A stretch of 64,000 nt of DNA from the NCBI GenBank assembly GCA_024642565.1, contig JAHEAV010000004.1:30391-94390 (forward strand). The letters are read 5' to 3'. How positions within the stretch are numbered: the first letter of the stretch is position 1; the number at the start of each line of letters is the position of its first letter. This stretch comes from Erythrobacter sp. Lineage in GTDB: Bacteria; Pseudomonadota; Alphaproteobacteria; Sphingomonadales; Sphingomonadaceae. Positions 1 through 9,879 of this stretch are shown here, one piece after another. Under the pieces are notes generated by a model. The model made no database searches. It was not told the origin of the DNA and worked only from the letters and a program-made list of their open reading frames with translations. Position numbers and translations under genes: made by a program.

Positions 1-39
1 AGTGGACTAAGCGGGTCGAAATGACTATCTGATCCCACG

Positions 40-312
40 ATGCTTCGCCGTCTCTTAACTTGCCTTGCCCTGATTACCGGGCTTGCCGCGCTGGACGCGC
101 CTGTAAATGCGTCTGCCGCTGATACAATGTGCGCACAAATTGGTAGTGCGGCTACGCAGGCCGCAACTGGCCAGGCGGTTAAGTGCGAATGCATTGTGCG
201 GCCGGGTACACGCCCGACCGCCAGCGATCCGGTGGCGACATGCAAAGCGCGCAAGCCGGTCATGATCTACATCCCCACTGTCCAGTTCGGGGCGGACCGC
301 GCGTACGAATAG
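40..312 (+). CDS. small exported protein of unknown function
   Basis: ATG ORF of 90 aa. The N-terminus MLRRLLTCLALITGLAALDAPVNASA looks like a Sec signal peptide with an AxA cleavage site. The mature part has 4 Cys. No family recognised. Confidence 0.45.
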   Translation: MLRRLLTCLALITGLAALDAPVNASAADTMCAQIGSAATQAATGQAVKCECIVRPGTRPTASDPVATCKARKPVMIYIPTVQFGADRAYE

Positions 313-415
313 CGCCGCATTCGGCACTTCCAATCGCGAAAATCGATGGCTCGGCACAGATCATGTGCAGCCACTCAATATATCCAGATAATTCAGGCCC
401 GACAGGACCATTTCA

Positions 416-3169
416 ATGATCAACGCACTCGTCAAATCCGTATTTGGTTCATCCAATGACCGTTACGTCAAATCCATAGGTAAGATCGTCAATCAGGTTG
501 CTGCGCTCGAACCGCAGATTTCTGCCCTGTCCGACGGTGAATTGCAGGCGCAGACCGAGAAATTTCGCGCACAACTGGCCGAAGGCAAGACGCTTGAGGG
601 TATCCTGCCGGAAGCCTTTGCCACCATTCGCGAAGCCTCTGTCCGCGTTCTTGGAATGCGGCACTTCGATGTCCAGGTAATTGGCGGTGTTGTGCTGCAC
701 CGGGGCGAGATTGCCGAAATGCGCACGGGTGAAGGCAAGACGCTGGTCGCCACGCTGGCCACCTATTTGAACGCGATCGAAGGCAAGGGCGTTCACGTGG
801 TCACAGTCAATGACTACCTGGCCCGCCGCGATGCCGAATGGATGGGTCAGCTCTATCGCTGGATGGGGCTGACTGTCGGGGTGATCGTGCCCAATCTCAA
901 CGAATTCGAACGCCGCGAAGCTTATGGGTCTGACATCACCTATGGCACCAACAATGAATTCGGCTTCGATTACCTTCGTGACAATATGAAGCACGAACGC
1001 AGTCAGATGGTGCAGCGTCCTTTCAATTTCGCGATCGTCGATGAAGTCGACTCGATCCTGATTGATGAGGCGCGCACCCCGCTGATCATTTCCGGCCCGA
1101 CGGAAGACAAGACCGAACTCTATGTCCAGATCGACGCGATCGTAAAACAGATTGAGCCCGATTTTTACGAAGCTGACGAGAAGACCAAGAACATCTCCTG
1201 GACCGAAGATGGGACGGAAAAGATTGAGCAGATGCTCGCTGATGCCGGCTTGCTTGAATCTGACAATCTCTACGATGTGGTAAATACGCAGGTCGTCCAC
1301 CATTTGGACCAGGCGCTGAAGGCGAACATCATGTTCAAGCGCGACACGGACTATATCATCAAGGATGACAAGGTCGTGATCATCGATGAATTCACCGGTC
1401 GCATGATGGATGGTCGCCGCTGGTCAAATGGTCTGCACCAGGCTGTCGAAGCGAAGGAAGGCATGACAATCGAGCCTGAAAACCAGACAATGGCCTCGAT
1501 CACCTTCCAGAATTATTTCCGCATGTATCCCAAGCTGGCCGGTATGACCGGTACTGCTGCAACAGAGGCAGCCGAGTTCTGGGAAATCTACAAGATGAAT
1601 GTGGTCACGATCCCGACCAATGTTGGTGTGCTGCGAGTCGATGAAGAAGACCAGTTCTTCAAGAACACTCAGGACAAGTTCAAGGCCATCGCGAAAGCTA
1701 TCGCTGAGAAGGCAGAAATCGGACAGCCGACGCTGGTGGGTACTGTGTCCATCGAAAAGTCCGAATTGCTGTCGAAGTTCCTGGATGAAGAGGGCGTGAA
1801 ACACTCCGTTCTCAACGCGCGCTTCCATGAAAGCGAAGCGCACATCGTGGCACAGGCGGGCCGCCTCGGCGCTGTGACAATCGCCACCAACATGGCTGGC
1901 CGTGGCACGGATATCCAGCTGGGTGGTAACATCGAATTCCGCATCGAAGATGAACTGAGCGAGATGCCGGAAGGCCCGGATCGCGACGCCGCTATCGCCA
2001 AGATCGAAGCTGAAGTTCGGGCAGAGCGTGAAAAGGTCCGGGACGCTGGTGGCCTGTTTGTGCTGGGTACCGAACGCCATGAAAGCCGCCGGATCGATAA
2101 CCAGCTGCGTGGCCGTTCGGGCCGCCAGGGCGACCCAGGGCTTTCGCGCTTTTACCTCTGCCTCGAAGACGACCTGCTGCGTATTTTCGGCCCGGATACA
2201 TTGTTCAGCCGAATGATGAATTCAAACCTCGAAGACGGCGAGGCGATCGGGTCCAAATGGCTGAGCAAGGCCATCGAAACCGCGCAGAAGAAGGTCGAAG
2301 CCCGCAATTACGACATCCGTAAGCAAGTCGTTGAATATGATGACGTGATGAACGATCAACGCAAGGTGATCTACGAACAGCGCGCTGAGATCATGGACAG
2401 CGAAGCGGTGGACGATGTGGTGATTGATATGCGCCACGATACGGTCAACGCATTGGTGGGTGAAGCATGCCCACCCGGGTCCTATCCTGAACAATGGGAC
2501 GTGGAAGGTTTGAAGGTTCGGGTGGCGCAGGTCCTGGGGATCACGCCGCCAATCGAAGACTGGATGCAGGAAGATCAGGTCGAACCCGACCTTATCGAGG
2601 AACGGCTCCGCGAACAGACCGATGAAATGATGGAACGCAAGATTGCCTCCGCGGAACCCGGTATCTGGAAGAAGGTTGAAAAAAGCATCCTGCTTGAACG
2701 GCTCGACCATCACTGGAAAGAACATCTCGCGACGCTCGATGCGTTGCGCCAGGTGGTATTCCTGCGCGCCTATGCGCAGAAACAGCCGATCAATGAATAT
2801 AAACAGGAAGCCTTCGGGCTGTTTGAGCGCATGTTGGACACTCTGCGCGAAGATATCACCAGCATCCTGATGAAGAGCGAACTGCGTATGGCACCTGCTG
2901 CGCAAGACGCTTTGCCCGATTTGCCGGATTTCCTGACAGGCCATGTCGATCCGCTGACCGGTCTGGATAATTCCGACGATGGTGATGGTTCTGCCGGGCA
3001 GGAAGCGATGTTCGGTTCCTTCGCGGGATCACCGCGCGCTGCGGTCGGGCCGGGCGGGGCCGCTACTGTCAGTGACGATCCCTATGCCGGAATGGGCATT
3101 AGCCGAAATGCACAGTGCCCCTGCGGATCGGGCAATAAATACAAACATTGTCATGGCGCGGCAGCCTGA
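416..3169 (+). CDS. secA: preprotein translocase ATPase SecA
   Basis: 917 aa. N-terminus [23 protein letters not shown]-like motor motifs ([47 protein letters not shown]) and the C-terminal zinc-binding tail [14 protein letters not shown]. Confidence 0.97.
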   Translation: MINALVKSVFGSSNDRYVKSIGKIVNQVAALEPQISALSDGELQAQTEKFRAQLAEGKTLEGILPEAFATIREASVRVLGMRHFDVQVIGGVVLHRGEIAEMRTGEGKTLVATLATYLNAIEGKGVHVVTVNDYLARRDAEWMGQLYRWMGLTVGVIVPNLNEFERREAYGSDITYGTNNEFGFDYLRDNMKHERSQMVQRPFNFAIVDEVDSILIDEARTPLIISGPTEDKTELYVQIDAIVKQIEPDFYEADEKTKNISWTEDGTEKIEQMLADAGLLESDNLYDVVNTQVVHHLDQALKANIMFKRDTDYIIKDDKVVIIDEFTGRMMDGRRWSNGLHQAVEAKEGMTIEPENQTMASITFQNYFRMYPKLAGMTGTAATEAAEFWEIYKMNVVTIPTNVGVLRVDEEDQFFKNTQDKFKAIAKAIAEKAEIGQPTLVGTVSIEKSELLSKFLDEEGVKHSVLNARFHESEAHIVAQAGRLGAVTIATNMAGRGTDIQLGGNIEFRIEDELSEMPEGPDRDAAIAKIEAEVRAEREKVRDAGGLFVLGTERHESRRIDNQLRGRSGRQGDPGLSRFYLCLEDDLLRIFGPDTLFSRMMNSNLEDGEAIGSKWLSKAIETAQKKVEARNYDIRKQVVEYDDVMNDQRKVIYEQRAEIMDSEAVDDVVIDMRHDTVNALVGEACPPGSYPEQWDVEGLKVRVAQVLGITPPIEDWMQEDQVEPDLIEERLREQTDEMMERKIASAEPGIWKKVEKSILLERLDHHWKEHLATLDALRQVVFLRAYAQKQPINEYKQEAFGLFERMLDTLREDITSILMKSELRMAPAAQDALPDLPDFLTGHVDPLTGLDNSDDGDGSAGQEAMFGSFAGSPRAAVGPGGAATVSDDPYAGMGISRNAQCPCGSGNKYKHCHGAAA

Positions 3170-3200
3170 TTGCATCAAGCCGCCGGTTTTCTGATCCGCT

Positions 3201-3350
3201 TCAGGCGCGGCCAAGCAAACGGGCAATAAGCCCGGGCCGCGTCATCGGCGCCACTGGGCCATATTTCAGCTTGCGCAGATTGGCATCCCGGTAAGGCCGC
3301 GGCATGACCCAGCGGTCTGGCGGGCTGGTGTGATACGTAAAGTGAGACAT
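3201..3350 (-). CDS. small hypothetical protein (49 aa), below the ORF-track length cutoff
   Basis: Hand translation gives MSHFTYHTSPPDRWVMPRPYRDANLRKLKYGPVAPMTRPGLIARLLGRA, ending in TGA. The ATG at 3350 lies 7 nt downstream of a GGGAGA Shine-Dalgarno (3363..3358 on the minus strand). It is in a different frame from the weaker 76-aa track ORF 3175..3405. Confidence 0.4.
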   Translation of the reverse strand: MSHFTYHTSPPDRWVMPRPYRDANLRKLKYGPVAPMTRPGLIARLLGRA

Positions 3351-3508
3351 GCAGATTTCTCCCTTTCAAGGGCGAAAAGATGTCAGTTGCGGCGCAAATT
3401 GCCATTGGGGATAATGGTGTGTGCCGCAGCGGGATGGGTTTTGAGCCGGAAATTAACGGCAGCGCATTTGCGCGCGATCATTTGCCACATTTCAACGTTG
3501 GAAAATGA

Positions 3509-3583
3509 TGGCTCCCCGAGTTGGATTCGAACCAACGACCAAGTGATTAACAGTCACCTACTCTACCGCTGAGCTATCGGGGA
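3509..3583 (-). tRNA. tRNA-Asn (GTT)
   Basis: Reverse complement reads TCCCCGA-TA-GCTC-AGCGGTA-GAGT-A-GGTGA-CTGTTAA-TCACT-TGGTC-GTTGG-TTCGAAT-CCAAC-TCGGGGA-G-CCA. This is a full cloverleaf with anticodon GTT and an encoded CCA. Confidence 0.93.
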
Positions 3584-3667
3584 GCAGTCCTTGCGGACAG
3601 GAGTGCGCCTATATGCAGGCAGGTTTGGTTTGGCAAGCCAGAGTTTTGCCCAATTGTATTCCAGAGG

Positions 3668-4471
3668 TCAGACAACGAATTGTTCGGCGACAATTCGTTC
3701 ATCAAGGGAATGACCCGGGTCGAACAACAGGGTCAGTTCCAGTTCCCGCGCGATTTCGAGGGAAACTTCGGCCACGTCGCGCAGTTCCTTCTGGTCTGCC
3801 ACGGCCGAAACGGGGCGTTTGGCCGAATCGAGGACGCGGAAAGTAACCCGGCTACGATCAGGCAGAACCGCTCCGCGCCAACGGCGTGGGCGGAATGCCG
3901 AAATCGGCGTTAGTGCAAGCAATTGCGAATCGAGCGGCAGGATCGGTCCGTTGGCGGATAAATTATAAGCGGTGGAACCCGCCGGAGTGGCAACCAGCAC
4001 ACCATCGCAAACCAATTCCCGAATCCGCACCTTGCCGCCCACGGTCACTTCGATTTTTGCGGTCTGACGGGTTTCACGCAGCAGCGAAACTTCGTTGATC
4101 GCGTTAAATGTATGATTGTTACCATCTTGCGTTATCGCCTGCATTCTCAGCGGTGCGATGGCAATCGGGCGGGCTTTCGCGATGCGGGCCAGGATATTGT
4201 TTGCGTTGCGGTGCCTGTTCATCAGGAAACCGACGGTGCCGAGATTAAGTCCATAGGCGGGAATGACTCGATGGGTATCGAGCATGTGATGCAGGGTTTG
4301 CAGCATAAAGCCGTCACCCCCCAGCACGACAACCGCATCTGCTTCATCAAGCGGAACCCAATCATATTGGCCGCGCAGTTCCGCTTCGGCTTCCAGCGCC
4401 CGCTCCGTATCGGACGCGAGCAAGGCCAACCGGCTGTAGGCTTGTCCGCCCGACTGCTCTTTGTTGGTCAA
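3668..4471 (-). CDS. nadK: NAD kinase
   Basis: 267 aa with the GGDGFML motif (VVVLGGDGFMLQTLH) and the conserved NE/TPAGSTAY region (LVATPAGSTAYNLSANGPI). Confidence 0.9.
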   Translation of the reverse strand: MTNKEQSGGQAYSRLALLASDTERALEAEAELRGQYDWVPLDEADAVVVLGGDGFMLQTLHHMLDTHRVIPAYGLNLGTVGFLMNRHRNANNILARIAKARPIAIAPLRMQAITQDGNNHTFNAINEVSLLRETRQTAKIEVTVGGKVRIRELVCDGVLVATPAGSTAYNLSANGPILPLDSQLLALTPISAFRPRRWRGAVLPDRSRVTFRVLDSAKRPVSAVADQKELRDVAEVSLEIARELELTLLFDPGHSLDERIVAEQFVV

Positions 4472-4601
4472 GTCGCGGTACCCCTAGAAATGGAAACTGA
4501 CGCTGTGCTGGCGTTTGCCTTGTCCTATGGGCCACTGTGCCATTTGGCAACGCGTCTAACAAATTGCACGACACTGATTTGCTTCGCTCTAATGCCAAAT
4601 C

Positions 4602-5921
4602 ATGGCAAGTAGATCCGATATGATCGATATTGAGCAACGCGATAACCTGACGGGACTGGCCCGAAGCGATGTCGCGCAAGCGCGGCTCGCTGATTGGCAG
4701 CAAGAAGGGGTTGCTGAAGGCCGCGTTGCGCCGGTCCATGTCATGCTGCTTGGGTTGGGCCGCTTCGATACTGTGAATCTGGCTTATGGAGAGGCAGTGG
4801 GCGATGGTGCTCTGGTTACCGTGGCGCAGCGGATATCGCATTTCTGCGAAGATGAATTCGAAGATGGGGACTGGATTGCGGCCCGTATCGGCGGCGGCAA
4901 ATTCCTGATTACGGTTCGGGAGGCTTGCAGCCGCGAAAGGTGGCAATGGCTTGGCGAGGCATTGGCCGATGCGGTGGCGCATCCGATTGCCGGACTGGAT
5001 GACGGGGGCACATTGCGTTTGTGGCCGCGAGTGGCGCTGATGCGGGCGATGCCCGGTGAAGGGCCGCGAATGATTTTTGATCGGCTGGGCGAAGCGCTGG
5101 AACATGCGCGCAGCCAACATGGCCACCGGGTTGTCTGGGCTGATGGTGGTTTGACGCCGCGCGGCTGGCCCAGTGCGCAGCTCGAGGCAGATCTGCTGAC
5201 CGCACTTGATCGCGGCGAAATCGAAGTGGTGTTCCAGCCGCAATACTGCCTGCCGGAAGATCGCCTGACCGGTGCAGAGGCGCTGGCGCGGTGGCAACAT
5301 CCCCAATTGGGAAGGATCGGTGCAAGCACATTGTTTGCGATTGCCGAGCGCGCCGATCACGTTGCGCCGCTTTCGCGCCATATTGCCCAGCGCGCCTTGA
5401 CGGCAGCTGCAGGCTGGCCCGACCACTTGCGCCTGTCCTTGAACGTCACACCGGCTGATCTTGCAGCCGCAAGTTTTGCCAGTGAACTGGAACTGTTGAT
5501 CGAATTTACAGGATTTGATCCAAAACGCCTGACACTGGAAATCACCGAGCATGTACTCTTGTCAGAACTGGAACGATCGGCCGCCATGCTGAACGACCTC
5601 AGATCTGTGGGGGTTCAGATTGCGCTTGATGATTTCGGCGCAGGTTTCTGCAACTTTCAATATCTGAAGATCCTGTCGCTGGATTATCTCAAGCTTGATC
5701 GCGCGATGGTCGAAGGAATTGGGGATGCGCCAAAGGATCTGGCCGTGTTCCGCGCGATTGTGGCCATGGCCAAGGCGCTTGACCTGATGATCATTGCGGA
5801 AGGAATCGAAAGCAGTGAACAGCGCGATCTGATCGCGTTGGAAGGGTGCGATTATTATCAGGGATTTCTTCGCGCCGCGCCGATGAGCGGTGACGAATTT
5901 GCCGACTTGGCTAGCCGCTGA
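4602..5921 (+). CDS. EAL-domain c-di-GMP phosphodiesterase with a degenerate N-terminal GGDEF-like domain
   Basis: 439 aa. It starts with RDNLTGL (typical GGDEF-domain start), but the A-site reads RIGGGKFLI rather than GG(D/E)EF. The EAL domain is intact (FQPQY...GAEALARW, DDFGAGF, KLDR, EGIE). Confidence 0.85.
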   Translation: MASRSDMIDIEQRDNLTGLARSDVAQARLADWQQEGVAEGRVAPVHVMLLGLGRFDTVNLAYGEAVGDGALVTVAQRISHFCEDEFEDGDWIAARIGGGKFLITVREACSRERWQWLGEALADAVAHPIAGLDDGGTLRLWPRVALMRAMPGEGPRMIFDRLGEALEHARSQHGHRVVWADGGLTPRGWPSAQLEADLLTALDRGEIEVVFQPQYCLPEDRLTGAEALARWQHPQLGRIGASTLFAIAERADHVAPLSRHIAQRALTAAAGWPDHLRLSLNVTPADLAAASFASELELLIEFTGFDPKRLTLEITEHVLLSELERSAAMLNDLRSVGVQIALDDFGAGFCNFQYLKILSLDYLKLDRAMVEGIGDAPKDLAVFRAIVAMAKALDLMIIAEGIESSEQRDLIALEGCDYYQGFLRAAPMSGDEFADLASR

Positions 5922-5945
5922 GGCTGCACGGCGAACAGGGCAAAA

Positions 5946-8900
5946 TTACTTTTGCGCCTTCCTGGCAATCCCGCTCAGCCCCTTGGTCAACTGGAACAGG
6001 CCATTCAGCCGTGATACCGGATCGCCCCACACACGATTGATCACCAGCTTCATATCGGGCCGCAATTTGGCAGTGCCCTGAAGACGTTCGACATAGGCAA
6101 TCAAACCTAGCGGGTCGGGGAATTGATCCTTGTGAAAGCTTACCAGAGTGCCGCGCGCGCCCACATCAATCTTGGCGACATTTGCAAGGATTGCCTGATG
6201 CTTGATCTCTATCAATCTGATCAGATTACTGGTCGCTTGTGGCAACGGGCCAAAGCGGTCGATCATTTCGGCGGCCATGCCTTCGATTTCCGCCTTGTCC
6301 CGTGCATCGTTGAGGCGCCGATAAAGCGCCATGCGCACGGCAAGGTCCGGAACATATTCTTCGGGTATCATGATCGGGGCATCGACCGTGATTTGCGGGC
6401 TTAAGGTTTCGCGTGCCCGTTCGAGGCCCATATCGCCGGCTTTGACCGCCAGAATGGCATCTTCCAGCATGGATTGGTAAAGTTCGAAGCCGACTTCTCG
6501 GATATGGCCGGATTGTTCATCGCCAAGCAGGTTGCCCGCGCCGCGAATGTCCAGATCATGACTGGCGAGCTGGAAGCCTGCGCCGAGACTGTCGAGATCA
6601 CCTAGCACCTTGAGCCGCTTTTCCGCCACTTCAGACAAGGCCTGGTCGCGCAGATGAGTGAGGTAGGCATACGCACGCAGTTTTGACCGACCAACTCTGC
6701 CGCGCAGCTGGTAAAGTTGCGCAAGGCCGAACCGGTCAGCGCGATGAATGATGATGGTATTCGCCGTAGGAATATCCAAACCGCTTTCGACGATGGTTGT
6801 CGAAAGCAGCACTTCATATTTACGCTCGTAAAATGCGCCCATGCGTTCTTCGACTTCGGTCGGGGACATTTGCCCGTGGGCACTGATCGCCTTAATCTCC
6901 GGGACATTGTCGTGCAGCCATTGTTCGACATCCGCCATATCAGCGATGCGCGGCACCACGATGAAGCTCTGCCCGCCGCGATGATGTTCGCGAAGCAATG
7001 CCTCGCGCATCACCATGTCATCCCATTCCATCACATAGGTTCGCACTGCGAGGCGATCGACCGGAGGGGTCTGGATGGTGGACAGTTCGCGCAGCCCGGA
7101 CATTGCCATTTGCAGCGTTCGCGGGATCGGTGTGGCCGTGAGCGTCAGCACGTGGACATCGGCGCGAAGCTGTTTCAGCTTTTCCTTGTGCGTCACACCA
7201 AAGCGTTGCTCCTCATCCACGATGACAAGCCCGAGATCCTTGAATTGCGTGGACTTTGACAGGATGGCGTGAGTGCCGATCACCACATCCATAGTTCCGT
7301 CATCCAGCGCCTTGCGCGTTTCGGAAGCCTCCTTTGGCGGCACCAGACGGGAAAGGCGCCCGACATTGAGCGGGAAGCCGGCAAACCGTTCGACAAAATT
7401 GGTATAATGCTGGCGGGCGAGCAAAGTTGTTGGTGCAACCACTGCAACCTGTTTGCCGCTCATGGCGGCCACAAAGGCCGCGCGCAATGCGACCTCGGTT
7501 TTGCCGAAACCGACATCACCGCACACCAGGCGATCCATCGGCTTGCCGCTTTCCAGATCTGCCAGAACATCCGCGATGGCGCGGTCCTGATCTTCGGTCT
7601 CTTCCCAGGGGAAGCGTTCGATAAACGGGTTGAAGGATGAATCGTCGGCGGAAAACACAGGTGCCTTGCGCAGGGCGCGGGCAGCCGCAGTGCGCATCAA
7701 TTCCCCGGCTATCTCACGGATGCGTTCCTTCAGGCGGGCGCGGCGGCGCTGCCAACCTTCGCCGCCCAGTTTATCCAATTGGACGAAGTCTTCGGAAGAC
7801 CCGTAACGGGAAAGCACTTCGAGGTTCTCGACCGGGATGTAGAGCTTATCGCCGCCCGCATATTCCAGCATGACGCAATCATGTTGGCTTTTGCCGACTG
7901 TGATGGGTTCAAGCCCGAGGTAACGCCCGATGCCGTGTTCCATATGAACCACCAGATCGCCGCGGCCCAGCGCCGACAATTCTGCGAGAAATGCATCCGC
8001 ATCCTTGCGTTTCTTCTTGCGGCGCACGAGCCGGTCACCGAGGATATCCTGCTCGGTCAGCAATTCGAGTTGGTCGTTGGAAAATCCGCTTTCCAAAGGC
8101 AGCACGACCGCCACCGGAATGCCCTTGGCGGACAAGCCCAGCGCTTCCTGCCAGCTATCTGCCAGTTTTGTTTCGGTCCCCGCTTCTGCGAGGATCGAGG
8201 CAATCCGGGAGCGGCTGCCAGCCGAATATGTCGCCAGCAAAGGCCGCTTGCCCGCTTTGCCCAGTGCAGTCAGGTGCTGCGCCGCGGCTGCATAAATGTT
8301 ATCCCCGCGCGCGCGTTCGGGGGTAAAATCGCGCGACGATGAAAAGCCGAAATCGAGTACCTTGGCGCTTTCCGGTTCGGCAAATATCGAACTGCGGTGG
8401 ATCGGCCAATTTTGCAGCGCCGCCTCGAACTCTCCTCCTGATAGATACAGCGCATTTTCGGCCAAGGGGCGATAACTGCCAGCCTTTTGCCCGGCAGCCT
8501 GTTGGCGTGACTGGTGGTAATCGGCGATGTCCCCCAGCCGCTCCTCACCCGCAGGGATGGCGGCGGCATCGACTACAATCTGGTCGTCGGGCGAAAGATG
8601 ATCGAACACCGTCGCCAACCGTTCCTCGAACAGGGGCAGCCAATGCTCCATCCCTGCCTGGCGCCGCCCCTCGCTGACGGCCTGATACAGCGGGTCGCCG
8701 GTCGCGGTTGCGCCGAACATTTCACGATAATTGCTGCGAAACCGTTTGATCGTGTCATCGTCGAGCAAGGCTTCGCTGGCAGGCAGTAGCAAGTGCGAAC
8801 TGACGACCCCGGTGCTCATCTGTGTGGCCGGATCAAACAGGCGCAAACTTTCCAGCTCATCGCCGAAGAAATCCAGTCGCAAGCCCTGTTCCAAACCGGA

Positions 8901-9419
8901 AGGGAAAATATCGACAATCGAGCCGCGGACCGCATATTCGCCAGCATCAACCACAGTGTCACTGCGCGAATAGCCTTGCCGTTGAAGCAAAGCGGACAGG
9001 CTGGCGTGGCCAATTTCGGTACCAGGCTTGAACAGCCGAACAGCCTCGCGGATGCGGAATGGGGTAAGCACCCGCTGAAGCACTGCGTTGACCGTGGTGA
9101 CCAATAACTGCGCGCCCGGCGATGTGCCTTGCAAGCGGTGCAAGGCGGCCAGACGCTTCGAACTAACCGAAAGTGCAGGACTGGCGCGATCGTAGGGCAG
9201 ACAGTCCCAGGCCGGAAACTCGATCACGTCCAGTTCTGGCGCAAAGAAATGCGCTGTTTCGGCAACGGCGCGCATGGCTGCATCATCCGCCGCAACAAAG
9301 ACGGCGCGCCCCTTCGCCGCGCGGGCGAGATCGGCCAGCACCAACGGCTGCGCGCCGCGGGCAATCGAAGACAGGGTCAGCGGCGTCTTGGCCGTCAGGA
9401 TACGGTTGAAGTCGGGCAT
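5946..9419 (-). CDS. mfd: transcription-repair coupling factor Mfd
   Basis: 1157 aa. Superfamily-2 helicase motifs ([43 protein letters not shown]) plus the UvrB-homology N-terminus and TRG/CarD-like region. Confidence 0.97.
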   Translation of the reverse strand: MPDFNRILTAKTPLTLSSIARGAQPLVLADLARAAKGRAVFVAADDAAMRAVAETAHFFAPELDVIEFPAWDCLPYDRASPALSVSSKRLAALHRLQGTSPGAQLLVTTVNAVLQRVLTPFRIREAVRLFKPGTEIGHASLSALLQRQGYSRSDTVVDAGEYAVRGSIVDIFPSGLEQGLRLDFFGDELESLRLFDPATQMSTGVVSSHLLLPASEALLDDDTIKRFRSNYREMFGATATGDPLYQAVSEGRRQAGMEHWLPLFEERLATVFDHLSPDDQIVVDAAAIPAGEERLGDIADYHQSRQQAAGQKAGSYRPLAENALYLSGGEFEAALQNWPIHRSSIFAEPESAKVLDFGFSSSRDFTPERARGDNIYAAAAQHLTALGKAGKRPLLATYSAGSRSRIASILAEAGTETKLADSWQEALGLSAKGIPVAVVLPLESGFSNDQLELLTEQDILGDRLVRRKKKRKDADAFLAELSALGRGDLVVHMEHGIGRYLGLEPITVGKSQHDCVMLEYAGGDKLYIPVENLEVLSRYGSSEDFVQLDKLGGEGWQRRRARLKERIREIAGELMRTAAARALRKAPVFSADDSSFNPFIERFPWEETEDQDRAIADVLADLESGKPMDRLVCGDVGFGKTEVALRAAFVAAMSGKQVAVVAPTTLLARQHYTNFVERFAGFPLNVGRLSRLVPPKEASETRKALDDGTMDVVIGTHAILSKSTQFKDLGLVIVDEEQRFGVTHKEKLKQLRADVHVLTLTATPIPRTLQMAMSGLRELSTIQTPPVDRLAVRTYVMEWDDMVMREALLREHHRGGQSFIVVPRIADMADVEQWLHDNVPEIKAISAHGQMSPTEVEERMGAFYERKYEVLLSTTIVESGLDIPTANTIIIHRADRFGLAQLYQLRGRVGRSKLRAYAYLTHLRDQALSEVAEKRLKVLGDLDSLGAGFQLASHDLDIRGAGNLLGDEQSGHIREVGFELYQSMLEDAILAVKAGDMGLERARETLSPQITVDAPIMIPEEYVPDLAVRMALYRRLNDARDKAEIEGMAAEMIDRFGPLPQATSNLIRLIEIKHQAILANVAKIDVGARGTLVSFHKDQFPDPLGLIAYVERLQGTAKLRPDMKLVINRVWGDPVSRLNGLFQLTKGLSGIARKAQK

Positions 9420-9448
9420 CGGTTTTTCATCAGGTGAGGAGGCAACCC

Positions 9449-9727
9449 TCAGCGGGGGATCTCCACATAGTCGAGCCGCATCATCAATTCCATCTGATCG
9501 CCGTCAATGTGATCGGGCACATCCTGCGTTTTCAGCGCCCATGCCATGATGTCGACATCCTCTTCATCAAGCAGCGTTTCGTACCAAGCCAATTCCGTTT
9601 CGCCCCACGATGCGTGATAGCGGTCGAAAAAACCGCCAATCATATAGTCCGCCTCGCGCGTGCCGCGGTGCCAGCCGCGAAATTTACAACGCGCAATTCG
9701 GGTCTCAAAACTGATTTGGTCGGGCAT
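9449..9727 (-). CDS. sdhE: FAD assembly factor SdhE (succinate dehydrogenase assembly factor 2, DUF339)
   Basis: RGxxE motif (WHRGTREADYMIGGFF) and a conserved WYETLLDEEDVDIMAW tail. I trimmed the 133-aa track ORF to the internal ATG (MPDQISFETR...) to match the usual length of about 90 aa. It lies 29 nt upstream of mfd on the same strand. Confidence 0.8.
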   Translation of the reverse strand: MPDQISFETRIARCKFRGWHRGTREADYMIGGFFDRYHASWGETELAWYETLLDEEDVDIMAWALKTQDVPDHIDGDQMELMMRLDYVEIPR

Positions 9728-9879
9728 CGGGCGCGGGTAGGGCAGAATCCGATTGACCTCAACCTTGATCATCATCGCCATTATGGGAAGCTGGTCTGGC
9801 AAGTGGCTGCAGATTTTTTGCACGCAGGATTGCTTGGCCATGCTCGCCATGACGATCGGTGTTTGGCATAGTGCCGTCC

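Noticed and set aside
3175-3405. 76-aa track ORF between secA and tRNA-Asn.
   Set aside because: It has no Shine-Dalgarno and an odd composition. A shorter ORF in another frame (3201..3350) has a strong RBS and is the more plausible coding feature, though still unproven.
4362-5552. 396-aa ORF antisense to the EAL gene. Similar long antisense ORFs occur at 9781..10845, 12577..13452, 22206..23465, 36911..38299, 38946..39827, 42621..43364, 44524..45360 and 50922..51767.
   Set aside because: Each lies entirely opposite a gene with unmistakable conserved motifs. Their translations are Arg/Pro/Gly/Ala-rich low-complexity sequence typical of shadow ORFs in high-GC DNA. None has a plausible RBS or a recognisable domain.
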